DNA of 36,900 nucleotides from Candidatus Eiseniibacteriota bacterium (GTDB lineage Bacteria; Eisenbacteria; RBG-16-71-46; JABDJR01; JAWXBZ01): NCBI GenBank assembly GCA_034440375.1, contig JAWXBZ010000016.1, positions 1 to 36,900 of the forward strand, read 5' to 3'. Shown piece by piece: positions 27,640 to 36,900 of this stretch (position 1 is its first letter; each line of letters starts with the position of its first letter). The notes under the pieces were generated by a model. It saw only the letters and a program-made list of their open reading frames with translations, ran no database searches and was not told where the DNA came from. The position numbers and the translations under genes were made by a program.

Positions 27640-29082
27640 TCAGGCCGCCCGAAGCGGCAGCTGGACCGTGAACGTGGCGCCGTCGCCGGGACGCGAATCG
27701 ACGTGGATGCGGCCGGCGTGATTCTCGATGATGCGATAGCTGGCGGAAAGGCCGAAGCCATGCCCCTTCTCCTTGGTGGTGAAGGTCGGCTCAAACACTC
27801 GGGCGGCCACGGCGGCGCTCATCCCGGGGCCGTTGTCGCTCACGCTCATGATGATCTGGCCCCGGTCGGGCTCGTGGCGGGTCATGATGTGGATTTTCTT
27901 CTCGGGGACGTCGCACTCTTGTAATGCATCGGCGGCATTGGAAAAAAGATTCAGCAGCACCTGCTGAATCTGGGCCGGATCCAGCTGACCCATAGGCACG
28001 GCGGCGTCCAGTTCCAGCTCGAACTTGACGTTGTTGAACTTGTTTTGCGGCTTCACGAACTCGATCGTCTTGTTGATCATGTCATTCAGGTTGGCCGGCC
28101 GCTTCCGGGTTTCCTTGTGGGCCGCACTCATGAGGCCCGCGGTCAGCGTCACCATGTTGGACGTGTTTTCGTAGATGACCTCGGCGCACTTGCGCAACCT
28201 GGCATCGCCGTCGATCGGGGCCAGCATCAGGATCATCTGGGCCCGTCCGGAGATCGCCGCCAGGTAGTTGTTCAGCTCGTGACCGATCTCCGCCGCCATT
28301 TCCCCCTTGGCCACCATCCGCTCGGTCCGGATGAGAACGTCCTGGGCCTTCTTGAGCTGGACGTAGCGCATCGAGGCGTCGCGCACGAACACCAGCGGCA
28401 CGAAGAACAGGACAATGCCGAGGAACGACACGGAACCGAACGACAGCACGACCAGCGGCGACAGGAAGAGGAGCGCCAGGGACGAGACGATTTCCTCCGA
28501 GTAGCCGTAGTTCTGGCGCCAGGTGGGTATCAGTCGCTCACGGGAGGCCAGGGAGATGACGCCGGATACGAGAAACGTGTTGGCGAAGTGATAGGTCAGC
28601 CCGGAGAACAGGAATGGCAGGATGAGTCGGGCATCATTGAATCGGGTCAGGAACGCGGCGATCTGCTGGGCACCCGGGGTATCGGCGTGGGGCAGCAGGG
28701 TGACACCACCGGTGGCGAGAAAGACAACGCCGGCCAGCGCCGTCGACAGCGCCGATTGCGACGTGTTGAAAAGCGCCTTGAACCACTCCTTCTTCTGGAT
28801 CGCCAGGTTGGCGAAGAGCGTCGACGCACCCACTACCCAGAGCGATTTTTCCCAGCCGATCAGGAAGATGACGGCGAGGTTGAATGTCGAGGCCATGCTG
28901 ACGGTCCCCTGGCCGGTGAGCGTATTCAACCAGAGGAGTTCCGCCATGACGCACACCAGTGACCAAAGTGTCAGCTGCTGCCAGTCCCACGTCGCGATGC
29001 GGGTGGAACCGAGCACGATGGCCAACCCGGCCAGCCCGACGATGAGGGCAATGTAATACTGAACGTTTCGGTTGAGCAACAA
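27640..29082 (-). CDS. Membrane sensor histidine kinase (multi-TM N-terminus + HisKA + HATPase)
   Basis: EIGHELNN H-box, NLFSNAADA N-box, DNGPGM, FTTK, GHGFGL; real start probably TTG 29082 or 29079 behind AGGGGG, because the ORF-track extension overlaps oppD/F. Confidence 0.92.
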   Translation of the reverse strand: MLLNRNVQYYIALIVGLAGLAIVLGSTRIATWDWQQLTLWSLVCVMAELLWLNTLTGQGTVSMASTFNLAVIFLIGWEKSLWVVGASTLFANLAIQKKEWFKALFNTSQSALSTALAGVVFLATGGVTLLPHADTPGAQQIAAFLTRFNDARLILPFLFSGLTYHFANTFLVSGVISLASRERLIPTWRQNYGYSEEIVSSLALLFLSPLVVLSFGSVSFLGIVLFFVPLVFVRDASMRYVQLKKAQDVLIRTERMVAKGEMAAEIGHELNNYLAAISGRAQMILMLAPIDGDARLRKCAEVIYENTSNMVTLTAGLMSAAHKETRKRPANLNDMINKTIEFVKPQNKFNNVKFELELDAAVPMGQLDPAQIQQVLLNLFSNAADALQECDVPEKKIHIMTRHEPDRGQIIMSVSDNGPGMSAAVAARVFEPTFTTKEKGHGFGLSASYRIIENHAGRIHVDSRPGDGATFTVQLPLRAA

Positions 29083-29129
29083 GGACGCGGGTTCCCCCTG
29101 CCAAATGGAAGTCGAATGGCCTCGGTCAT

Positions 29130-29156
29130 TTATCGGCGGGTGGCCCAGGAACTTGA
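29130..29156 (-). promoter_or_regulatory. Putative sigma28 (FliA/SigD/WhiG-type) promoter of the kinase
   Basis: TCAAG-N14-GCCGATAA in the short intergenic gap. Confidence 0.55.
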
Positions 29157-29173
29157 TACCGGAACGGGGGAGA

Positions 29174-30991
29174 TCACCCGGCCGAAAGGCGCTCCTGCAC
29201 CACCGGACAACGCAGGAGGCGTCCCCCGCCCAACTCGACCAGGACCGGGCCCTCCCGCCGGCACGATTCCCGGGCCTCCGGGCAGCGGGGGTGGAACCGG
29301 CAGCCAAGGGGCGGCGCGAGAGGGCTGGGAGGGTCCCCCGGAAGCGGCGCCGGGGCCGGCGCACCAGGTTCGAGGCGCGGCACGGCCGCCAGAAGCGCCT
29401 TCGTGTAAGGGTGGAGGGGATCGGTGTAAATATCATCCACCGCAGCCACTTCCACGACCTCACCCAGATACATGACTGCCACCCGATCGCAGAATTGGCG
29501 GATGACCGACAGGTCATGGCCGACGAAAATCGAAGTCAACTGTCGCTCCTGCCGGAGCCGGGCCAGCAGATCCAGTATCTGGGCCTGAACCGACACATCG
29601 AGCGCCGAAACCGGTTCGTCCAGGACCAGGAATTCGGGCGAGAGGGCGAGCGCCCGGGCGATGCCGATTCGCTGGCGCTGCCCGCCCGAAAATTGGTGGG
29701 CAAAGCGCCGACCGGCGTCGGCCGGCAGCCCCACCTGTTCGAGCAACTCCCCCGCCATCGCCCTGGCGGCCCGACCACGAGCCACGCCATGCACTTCCAG
29801 CGGTTCGGTCAGCATTGATTCCACCGTCAACCGCGGATTGAGCGATCCGGCCGGATCCTGGAAGACCATCTGCATCCGCCGGCGCATCGAGCGTAGTTCA
29901 GCCGGTTTCAACCGCGTGACATCCACACCATCGAACACAATGCGTCCGCCGCTGGGGCGAAGGAGGCGCAGGATCATCCGACCCAACGTTGTCTTGCCGC
30001 ACCCCGATTCACCGACGAGGCCGAGCGTCTCCCCCCGCTCGACGGTCAGCGACACATCCCGCACCGCCTCCAGCCAGCGCGGCGGGCCGAAGAAACCGGA
30101 ACGCCCGACGGCAAACCGGCGGCCGACGTTTTCGAGAACGAGCATCGGGCCCCGCGAGGAAGGATCCACCGACCGCGACGTCGGTCGGCGCGGCCCGTCC
30201 AGACGCGGCACCGCCGCCAGCAACGCCTTCGTGTAGTCATGCTTAGGCTTGGCCAGCAGCTCCGCCGTCGGCGCCGCCTCCATTACCCGCCCCCCGTTCA
30301 ACACCACGACCCGCTGCGTCAGCCGGGCCACCACGCCGAAGTTGTGAGTGATCAGGAGCAGCGCCAGTTTCTCCTCCTCGCACAACCGCTGCAGCAGTTC
30401 GAGAATCTGCGCCTGGATCGTCACGTCCAGCGCCGTCGTCGGCTCGTCGGCAATCAGCAGCCGGGGCGAGAGTGCCAGCGCCATGGCGATCATCACTCGC
30501 TGCCTCATCCCCCCGGACATCTGGTGCGGGTAATCAGCCGCGCGCCGGGCCGGATCGGGAATGCCAACCTTTGCCAGGAGTTCGACTGCACGAGCCCGCG
30601 CCGCCGCCTTCGAGAGCCGCGCCTCATCGCGCAGCGCCTCCGACACCTGATCGCCGCAGCTCATCACGGGGTTCAAGCTGGAGAGCGGCTCCTGGAAGAT
30701 CATGGCCATTCCCAGTCCCCGAAGCTTGCGCCTCTTTTCGGCGCCAGATGAGGCCAGGTCAGAACCTTCCCAGAGTATCTGCCCGCCAGTCTGACGACCC
30801 GGCCAGGGCAACAAACCCATCACCGCCAAGGCGGACATCGTCTTGCCGGAACCGGATTCGCCAACCAAACCCAACGACTCCCCCGCCCCCACCTCGAAGC
30901 TGACATCATCGAGTATCCGGCGCGAAGCGCCGCTCGAACTCGAAAACTCCACCGTCAAATGACGCACGGCAAGCAGCGGTACCTCACCCAT
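29174..30991 (-). CDS. Fused OppD/OppF (DppD/F) peptide ABC ATPase
   Basis: Two NBDs ([32 protein letters not shown]); HPYT and GCRFHPRC Cys-rich tail; start ATG 30991. Confidence 0.92.
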   Translation of the reverse strand: MGEVPLLAVRHLTVEFSSSSGASRRILDDVSFEVGAGESLGLVGESGSGKTMSALAVMGLLPWPGRQTGGQILWEGSDLASSGAEKRRKLRGLGMAMIFQEPLSSLNPVMSCGDQVSEALRDEARLSKAAARARAVELLAKVGIPDPARRAADYPHQMSGGMRQRVMIAMALALSPRLLIADEPTTALDVTIQAQILELLQRLCEEEKLALLLITHNFGVVARLTQRVVVLNGGRVMEAAPTAELLAKPKHDYTKALLAAVPRLDGPRRPTSRSVDPSSRGPMLVLENVGRRFAVGRSGFFGPPRWLEAVRDVSLTVERGETLGLVGESGCGKTTLGRMILRLLRPSGGRIVFDGVDVTRLKPAELRSMRRRMQMVFQDPAGSLNPRLTVESMLTEPLEVHGVARGRAARAMAGELLEQVGLPADAGRRFAHQFSGGQRQRIGIARALALSPEFLVLDEPVSALDVSVQAQILDLLARLRQERQLTSIFVGHDLSVIRQFCDRVAVMYLGEVVEVAAVDDIYTDPLHPYTKALLAAVPRLEPGAPAPAPLPGDPPSPLAPPLGCRFHPRCPEARESCRREGPVLVELGGGRLLRCPVVQERLSAG

Positions 30992-32054
30992 CGAGATGCC
31001 TCGGATCCAGCGCATCGCGCAGTCCATCACCAAGAATATTGAACGCCAGCACCGTCACGAAGATGGCCACTCCCGGCCACAGGATCCACGGTGCCGCCTC
31101 CATCGTCGAAACCGACGACGCCTGCTGCAGCATATTTCCCCACGAGGCCGCCGGCTCCTGGATTCCGACGCCGAGAAACGACAGCGCCACCTCGCCAAGG
31201 ATGTAACCCGGAATGGCGATCGTAGCGGCCACCACGGCAAATGACAGCGTGTTCGGAAGCAGGTGGCGCATCAGGATGCGACCGGCCGGCACGCCCAGCG
31301 CCTCAGCCGCCACCACGTAGTCCCGGGTCTTGAGCGACAGCACCATACCCCGCACGATGCGCCCGAGGCCGGTCCAGCTGACGAGTGACAGGATGAGAAT
31401 GATCATGAGATAGGTCCACTGCGACGGCAGCGAGGCCGGAAAGGCGGTGCGCAGCGCCAGGATCAGATAGAGCGCCGGAATCGACATGAGAATTTCCGAA
31501 CCGCGCATCAGGAGGGCATCGGTCCATCCCCCCCGATAGCCGGCCCAGCCGCCAATCCAGAGGCCAAGCACAAAGCTGATCAATACCCCGATCAGGCCGA
31601 CCGACAGCGACACCCGACCGCCGTACAGCAGGCGCGAAAAAACATCGCGCCCGAACTGATCGGCGCCCATCAGGTAGACGCGGTCGGTGCCTCCAGCGGC
31701 GAAGCCGAACAGGTGTCGATCCCATGTCACTCCCGGCATCAGGTCGTATCGATCGCCTCGCACGAAGAAGGCCAGCCGATGAGGCAGCGCCTCCGATGGG
31801 CGCGACACTCCCCCCACCCGTTCCATCGCCCGGATCGCCGGTCCACCGGACCAGGCCCACGACACCGGCGGCTCGTACGGGCGCGTCCGCTCGGCGCTGG
31901 ATTCGCCATACGGCGCCAGGATCGGCGCGAAGAACACCACGGCATACAGGATGCCGAGAACGCGAAGCGCCCAGTACGCGGGGCGGTTCCGGGAGAGCCG
32001 CCACCAGACGATGGCGCCTGGAGACGTGGGCGGCGTGCGCGGCGACTTACCCAT
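30984..32054 (-). CDS. oppC: Oligo/dipeptide ABC permease
   Basis: GADQFGRDVFSRL, YVVAAEALG EAA loop, HLLPN, GDGLRDALDP. Confidence 0.9.
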   Translation of the reverse strand: MGKSPRTPPTSPGAIVWWRLSRNRPAYWALRVLGILYAVVFFAPILAPYGESSAERTRPYEPPVSWAWSGGPAIRAMERVGGVSRPSEALPHRLAFFVRGDRYDLMPGVTWDRHLFGFAAGGTDRVYLMGADQFGRDVFSRLLYGGRVSLSVGLIGVLISFVLGLWIGGWAGYRGGWTDALLMRGSEILMSIPALYLILALRTAFPASLPSQWTYLMIILILSLVSWTGLGRIVRGMVLSLKTRDYVVAAEALGVPAGRILMRHLLPNTLSFAVVAATIAIPGYILGEVALSFLGVGIQEPAASWGNMLQQASSVSTMEAAPWILWPGVAIFVTVLAFNILGDGLRDALDPRHLDG

Positions 32055-33027
32055 CGGAAGCCCCGTGTCGAATTCTCGGATCGGATATCACCAGCAGGAT
32101 GTCGGCCACCAGGTTTCCGAGGATCAGGACCGTGGAGGCCATCAGCACGCTCCCCATGACCAGGTAGAGATCGCGCGTGTTGAGCGCCTCGATCGCCACG
32201 CGGCCGAGGCCCGGCCATCCCATCACGTTCTCGACGAGAAACGAGCCGGACAACAGGCCGCCGATCGTGTAGCCGAACAACGTGATCAGCGGATTCAACG
32301 CGTTGGGAAGCGCATGCCGCAGAATAACGCGCCGTTCGGTAAGCCCCTTGGCCCGGGCCGTCGTGACGTAGTCGGCTCGCAGGACATCGAGGAGGTTGGC
32401 CCGCATCTGCCGCATCCGGCTGGCCAGCGGCACCGTGGCCAGAACAAGGGCCGGCAGCACGAGATGGTGCCCGATGTCGAGCAATTGCCCGAACCAGGAG
32501 AGCGAGTCGTGGTCGAGCCCCCGCATCCCGTTCACCGGAAACCAGCCGGTCTTGTAGGCCATCAGCATGAGCAGGAGCGCCAGGAACACTTCCGGGATGG
32601 CCAGTCCGATCATCCCCGCCCCCGAAGCCAGTCGATCCACCCACGAGTGCTGCCGCACCGCCGCCAGCACCCCCAGCGGAATGGCCAGGAGCCAGGTCAG
32701 GAGCGCCGCCGCCAGAGAGAGGATCAGCGTGTTCCCCAGCGACTCGAACAGGATCGTGATAACCGGCTGCCGCCGGCTGAACGAAAACCCGAAGTCCCGA
32801 TCAACCACGATGTTCTTCAGATAAATGGCGTACTGCTGCCACGCCGGCCTGTCGAGCCCGAACTCCTGCCGCATCGCTTCGAGCGATTCGCGGCTGACCG
32901 ACGGATCCATCTCCATCTGGGAGAGATAATCGCCCGGCGCGAGCTGGATCAGCAGGAAGGTGAGGAGGGAAATGCCCAGGAGGACGGGAATGAGGGCGGC
33001 GAGGCGCCGGAGGATCAGGGCGATCAA
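32047..33027 (-). CDS. oppB: Oligo/dipeptide ABC permease
   Basis: LAPGD, DYVTTARAKGL, HALPNA, WPGLG, DPRIR; TTG start without an obvious SD. Confidence 0.9.
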   Translation of the reverse strand: MIALILRRLAALIPVLLGISLLTFLLIQLAPGDYLSQMEMDPSVSRESLEAMRQEFGLDRPAWQQYAIYLKNIVVDRDFGFSFSRRQPVITILFESLGNTLILSLAAALLTWLLAIPLGVLAAVRQHSWVDRLASGAGMIGLAIPEVFLALLLMLMAYKTGWFPVNGMRGLDHDSLSWFGQLLDIGHHLVLPALVLATVPLASRMRQMRANLLDVLRADYVTTARAKGLTERRVILRHALPNALNPLITLFGYTIGGLLSGSFLVENVMGWPGLGRVAIEALNTRDLYLVMGSVLMASTVLILGNLVADILLVISDPRIRHGASDG

Positions 33028-33131
33028 GTGGAATAACCAGGGGACATGTGGGGCAGATTACTTGAGCCGGGAAGTCTGTTCCAGCGGGCAGGAAGATCAT
33101 GACGCAGGACCCACTCCGCAAGTCGGAAAAT

Positions 33132-34979
33132 CTACTTCGAAGCCGTCTCCCCGCCCGCCTTCGGATCTATCCAGAGTTCCTCGGCATTCCAGACGATGTA
33201 GGGCCGGAAGATGCTGGGCCGCGCGTTCCGGAGCTTGTGCCGCACCGCCACGAACCCGCGCCGGCTGACCGTGTAAATGGCCGGCTGTTCGTCCGCGAAG
33301 ATCGCCTGGATCCTGTCGACGTACGGTTTGCGGAGCTTCGTGTCTGACAGGCCCAATTGCGCGTCATACAGGGAGTCGATGGCCGCCTCCCAGGCCGTCC
33401 CCGGCGTCTTCTGGTTGGGCCACCAGAAATGCGTCGCGCCGCTCGAAAGGAGCGTGCCCGCGGCCATGACCGGGTCGGGTGGATTGCCGCCGGAGAGGCC
33501 AAGCATGGCGGCGTCATAGTCGAACGACTGCTGAACCAGCGTGGTCAGCGTGTTGAACTCCACGGGCTGAAACTGCACTTCGATGCCGATTTTCTTCAAA
33601 TCCTCGGCGATCAGCGTGCAGGCGCCGATCCGTTCCTTGGTACTCGAATTGGTATTGAGACGAAACGACACGGGGTGTCCGGCGGCATCCTCCAGCTTCC
33701 CGTCGCCATTCTTGTCGGCAAAGCCGGCCGAGGCCAGGATCTGCCGTGACTTGTCCAGGTCATAGTCGTAGCGGACGATGCCCGCGTTATGCCATTCCTT
33801 GTTTACATCCGGAATCGGCCCGTGCTGAGCCACCGCCCGATCGTGAAAGACGTTGCGGATGATCGATTCCCGATCGATGGCATGCGCAATCGCCCGGCGG
33901 AAATCGCGGTTGGTGAACCAGGAGAGCTTGATCGGATCGACATAGGGCTTTTCTTTTGCATCCCGCCCCCGGTTCTCGTTGAACCAGAGAAAGTTCGATC
34001 CGTACTCGGATCCCAGGTCAACGACCGAGTAGCCCCCCGCCGCCTCGCCGGCCTTCAGCCCGTCATAGTCCTCGGGCCGGATGTACAACCCGTCGATCTC
34101 GCCAGATTTGAACTTGATCACCTCCGCATTCTGATCCGGCACGACCACCCAGATCAGTTCGTCGAGATAGGGCAACCTCTGTTTCTTCGAATCGAACTTG
34201 TAGTACCAGGGATTGGGCTTCAACACGACGGACTCGTTCGGGACATAACGGGCAATGACGAATGCCCCCGATCCGACCAGACTGTCCGGCGGCGTATCCA
34301 CGCCCCACGTCTGGCTGAACCGCCCCGCCTTCCAGGCCGCCTCCAACTTGTGCTTCGGAATGATCCGAGGGCCCGAAACGGCATGGAGAAACGGCCCGAA
34401 CGGCTTCTCGAGTGTCACGGTGAAGGTGAGGTCATCCACCTTCGCAAAGGTTGGAAACTTTCCCCCCTGCCGAAGCAGACTCGCCGAATTGGGCCGCAAC
34501 ACCGAATCCGCAAGGACCGCCGCCGTAAACATCACGTCATCGGTCGTCAGCGGCGCCCCATCCGACCAGCGAAGACCCTTCCGAAGCGTCATCGTCCAGA
34601 CGGTCCCGGCCGCGTTCGATTCCCACCGTGACACCAGCCCCGGCTGGATCCGCTGCTCGACATTGTCATACTCCAGCAACCCCTCCCAGACGGCGCCGGA
34701 AATCACATCATTGGTGGCCGACTCATTCGACACGGTCACGTTGAACGATTTCGGCGCCCCCAGGATGGACACGACGATGCGCCCACCCGGCACGCCGGGC
34801 GGAATGTCAACGATCAATGGCTCCTCGGGCATCGGATTTCTTGGCCGGGCCGAGGCGCCGGGGCGGGAGCCGCCGGAGCAGCCGGCGAGGTGCAGTGCCA
34901 TGAGGGCCAGACCGGCGAGGGCAAACGTCCCGACCATTGGCCCGGATCCAACAAGACGATAGCGTGCCATTCGGTTCAT
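33132..34979 (-). CDS. oppA: Peptide ABC substrate-binding lipoprotein (family 5)
   Basis: LAGC lipobox, LRKGLRWSDGAPLTTDDVMFT, FRRAIAHAIDR, DKNGDG. Confidence 0.9.
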   Translation of the reverse strand: MNRMARYRLVGSGPMVGTFALAGLALMALHLAGCSGGSRPGASARPRNPMPEEPLIVDIPPGVPGGRIVVSILGAPKSFNVTVSNESATNDVISGAVWEGLLEYDNVEQRIQPGLVSRWESNAAGTVWTMTLRKGLRWSDGAPLTTDDVMFTAAVLADSVLRPNSASLLRQGGKFPTFAKVDDLTFTVTLEKPFGPFLHAVSGPRIIPKHKLEAAWKAGRFSQTWGVDTPPDSLVGSGAFVIARYVPNESVVLKPNPWYYKFDSKKQRLPYLDELIWVVVPDQNAEVIKFKSGEIDGLYIRPEDYDGLKAGEAAGGYSVVDLGSEYGSNFLWFNENRGRDAKEKPYVDPIKLSWFTNRDFRRAIAHAIDRESIIRNVFHDRAVAQHGPIPDVNKEWHNAGIVRYDYDLDKSRQILASAGFADKNGDGKLEDAAGHPVSFRLNTNSSTKERIGACTLIAEDLKKIGIEVQFQPVEFNTLTTLVQQSFDYDAAMLGLSGGNPPDPVMAAGTLLSSGATHFWWPNQKTPGTAWEAAIDSLYDAQLGLSDTKLRKPYVDRIQAIFADEQPAIYTVSRRGFVAVRHKLRNARPSIFRPYIVWNAEELWIDPKAGGETASK

Positions 34980-35035
34980 CGTTCCTTCCGTGCGGGGAAG
35001 CGTGACGGAATGCCGGGGTGCCCTGCTGGTGCCGC

Positions 35036-35065
35036 AGTATAGAAACGTCGTGGAATAAACGTCAA
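35036..35065 (-). promoter_or_regulatory. Putative sigma70 promoter of the opp operon
   Basis: TTGACG-N18-TATACT; GACGTTT occurs twice across the -35 and spacer. Confidence 0.55.
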
Positions 35066-35074
35066 CGGGGCGCG

Positions 35075-36481
35075 CTATTCGTTGATCGGCCCCCCAATCT
35101 TCAATCCCAGGGCAGTCGCCATTTCGCGACCGACAGCGGCCAGGTGCCGATGGCCGGCGAATCGTATTGCGCCGGGGCCGAAGGCGTAGACGCCGACATC
35201 GACGCCGGTATGCCCCAGCGTGGTCCAGCCAACGATGGCGCGCCGGCTGATGGCGTGGCCGATCAGGATGGTCCGGTCATTTCTAGTGGCCAGGTCGATG
35301 GCGGTGGCTTCGGCTTCATTCAGATCCCGGATACCGGCGTCCTCGAGGAGAACTTTGCGCGCGTTTTCACCATCGGTCATCCGACTCGCCATGGCCTCCG
35401 CTGATTTCCTGACCGGCTTCAGTGCTTCCGCATGGAATTCATAGCGGGCCCTTCCATCGATGGCGGTGCCGAGCGACAGGCCGCCGGTTTCATGATCGGC
35501 CGTCACCACGACGAGCGTCTGTCCATCCCGGCGCGACCAGTCGAGGACGGTGTTGAAGGCGGAATCGAACTCCAATACTTCGGCGACCGCGGCTGCGGGA
35601 TCATTGTCATGGCCGGCGTGGTCGATGCGGCCTCCTTCGACCATCAGGAAGAAGCCATCCGGGTCACGGGAAAGGCGGTCCAGCGCCACCCGGGTCATGG
35701 CCGGAAGCGATGGCTCTGAATCGTCACGGTCGAGAACATAGCTCATGTGAGATGGGCCGAAGAGGCCAAGAAGGCGCCCGGAGGCGGCACTCTCGAGTTC
35801 CGTGTTGGTGGTGACAAGGTGAAAACCATCGGAAGCCGCCTCCGCCAGGAGATCACGCTGGTCTTGATGGGCGGCGGCCGGCAAGGGATGGAATTGCCGG
35901 CTGCCTCCGCCCAGGAGAAGATCGACACCACTCGCCAGCATCTGCGACGCAATCTCATTTTCCTCGTTCCGACTGACGTGGTGCGCGCCAAAGCAGGCCG
36001 GCGTGGCATGAGTAATCCGGCTGGTTGTCACCAATCCGGTGCTCATGCCCCGGGCTTCGGCGGCTTCCAGGATGGTCCTCCGCGAAACGCCGGCGCTGTC
36101 CACGGCAATGGCGCCGTTGAGCGTCGTCAAACCGCAGGCCAGTGCCGTTGCCGCCGCCGCCGAATCGGTCACCCGCGAATCCAGAGCCGCCGTTCCGGCA
36201 CTCCCCACAAGATACGCATCAAGCACCAGCTCCCGCCCGGCCACGGCCCGGGCGAGGGTGGCGTAGGCGGGGCCGAAGCCGTCACCGATCAGGAGGATCA
36301 GGTTTTTGGGCGACCGGGCACTGGAGGAGGAGATCGGGGCCCGCGGTTGTGCCGATGACAGGTAGCTGTCAAGGATGCCGGCGCCCGAGGAGAAGATGAA
36401 AACGATGATGGCGAGAGGAACGCTGGGCCACCGCGTGACGATCATGTCAGAGGCCCGTTGTCCAGGCGAGCGGAACTCCAT
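35075..36481 (-). CDS. phoA: Alkaline phosphatase (PhoA family)
   Basis: IGDGFG, VTDSAAAATA (catalytic Ser), HATPA, EGGRIDHAGH, TADHETGG, HTGVDV; N-terminal hydrophobic segment. Confidence 0.92.
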   Translation of the reverse strand: MEFRSPGQRASDMIVTRWPSVPLAIIVFIFSSGAGILDSYLSSAQPRAPISSSSARSPKNLILLIGDGFGPAYATLARAVAGRELVLDAYLVGSAGTAALDSRVTDSAAAATALACGLTTLNGAIAVDSAGVSRRTILEAAEARGMSTGLVTTSRITHATPACFGAHHVSRNEENEIASQMLASGVDLLLGGGSRQFHPLPAAAHQDQRDLLAEAASDGFHLVTTNTELESAASGRLLGLFGPSHMSYVLDRDDSEPSLPAMTRVALDRLSRDPDGFFLMVEGGRIDHAGHDNDPAAAVAEVLEFDSAFNTVLDWSRRDGQTLVVVTADHETGGLSLGTAIDGRARYEFHAEALKPVRKSAEAMASRMTDGENARKVLLEDAGIRDLNEAEATAIDLATRNDRTILIGHAISRRAIVGWTTLGHTGVDVGVYAFGPGAIRFAGHRHLAAVGREMATALGLKIGGPINE

Positions 36482-36500
36482 CCCTTCCGCTCCGTCATCC

Positions 36501-36719
36501 TCAGGCAGCCGGCTTCCAGTTCATCGAGAGTCGTCGCCCGGTGGTGGCGCAGTCGCGGAGATAGAGATTGATCAAGGTCTGATATGGCACACCCGTCTCT
36601 TCCGCCAGCACCTTGAAATAGCCAATCGTGATTTCATCGAGGCGAATCGTGACCTGCTTCTTGAGGCGCTTGGCGTACGGATTCCGGCGAGCTGTTGAAA
36701 AGTCGTACTGCTTTCTCAT
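36501..36719 (-). CDS. BrnA/CopG-like ribbon-helix-helix antitoxin
   Basis: MRKQYDFS..RRNPY..KKQVTIRLD...YFK......GVPYQTLINLYL; ATG 36719 behind AGGTGG. Confidence 0.85.
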   Translation of the reverse strand: MRKQYDFSTARRNPYAKRLKKQVTIRLDEITIGYFKVLAEETGVPYQTLINLYLRDCATTGRRLSMNWKPAA

Positions 36720-36843
36720 GCTTTCCACCTGCGGCTATGCAGTAGAGCTCCTTGTCGAACCTCATTGGGGCCCGGGGTCAGCCGAATCAAACCGGGATTG
36801 CGATGAGTCGGATTCACTTGTAGACTCGATGCAGGCAGACCCG

Positions 36844-36876
36844 TTGACATTGTCCGGGATCTGACCCTCATGTCAA
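36844..36876. promoter_or_regulatory. Inverted repeat overlapping a putative minus-strand promoter
   Basis: TTGACAT-N19-ATGTCAA; the minus strand reads TTGACA-N16-GACAAT. Confidence 0.4.
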
Positions 36877-36900
36877 GTCTCCGCACTGCCGAAAGAGGTA

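Noticed and set aside
29083-29173. Search for a second small peptide ORF in front of the kinase
   Set aside because: The only minus-strand ATG there opens a non-hydrophobic frame running into the kinase; no matching peptide.
29083-29517. 145-aa N-terminal extension of the kinase in the ORF track
   Set aside because: It overlaps oppD/F out of frame; a promoter and SD lie downstream of it.
115-33036. Many long plus-strand ORFs (e.g. 115-1527, 8280-10031, 12978-14804, 23502-25364, 31951-33036)
   Set aside because: They are antisense shadows of well-supported minus-strand genes, expected from high GC3, and have no recognisable motifs.
1-36900. tRNA/rRNA genes, CRISPR arrays, IS elements, prophage genes
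   Set aside because: None seen; intergenic gaps are short and lack spaced repeats, cloverleaf motifs or transposase/integrase ORFs.

Overview
High-GC bacterial chromosomal segment from a diderm (lnt and lolCDE present) that also carries mcsA/mcsB. Every credible gene is on the minus strand. In transcription order (high to low coordinate): BrnA-type antitoxin, alkaline phosphatase, Opp/Dpp ABC system (A, B, C, fused D/F), orphan membrane histidine kinase, CCA-adding enzyme, M23 peptidase, polyprenyl synthase, rsfS, argS, CPBP/CAAX protease, PfkB kinase, a conserved-looking hypothetical protein, an unannotated 23-aa hydrophobic peptide, a membrane HD-GYP phosphodiesterase, purM, Gfo/Idh/MocA oxidoreductase, lnt, truA, tal, htrA, purB, purL, purQ, a tandem PurS-like protein, purF, lysS, lolC/E, lolD, mcsA and the 5' part of mcsB. 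I found no tRNA, rRNA, CRISPR array or transposase. The best candidate for an undescribed system is the three-gene module at 17282-19729 (cytoplasmic protein, 23-aa Trp-ending peptide, multi-TM HD-GYP). Its membrane domain is also present on the histidine kinase about 9 kb away, which has a sigma28-like promoter. A second anomaly is a ~340-bp patch of rare A-ending codons inside argS. All calls come from motif recognition and hand counts; no database searches were run.
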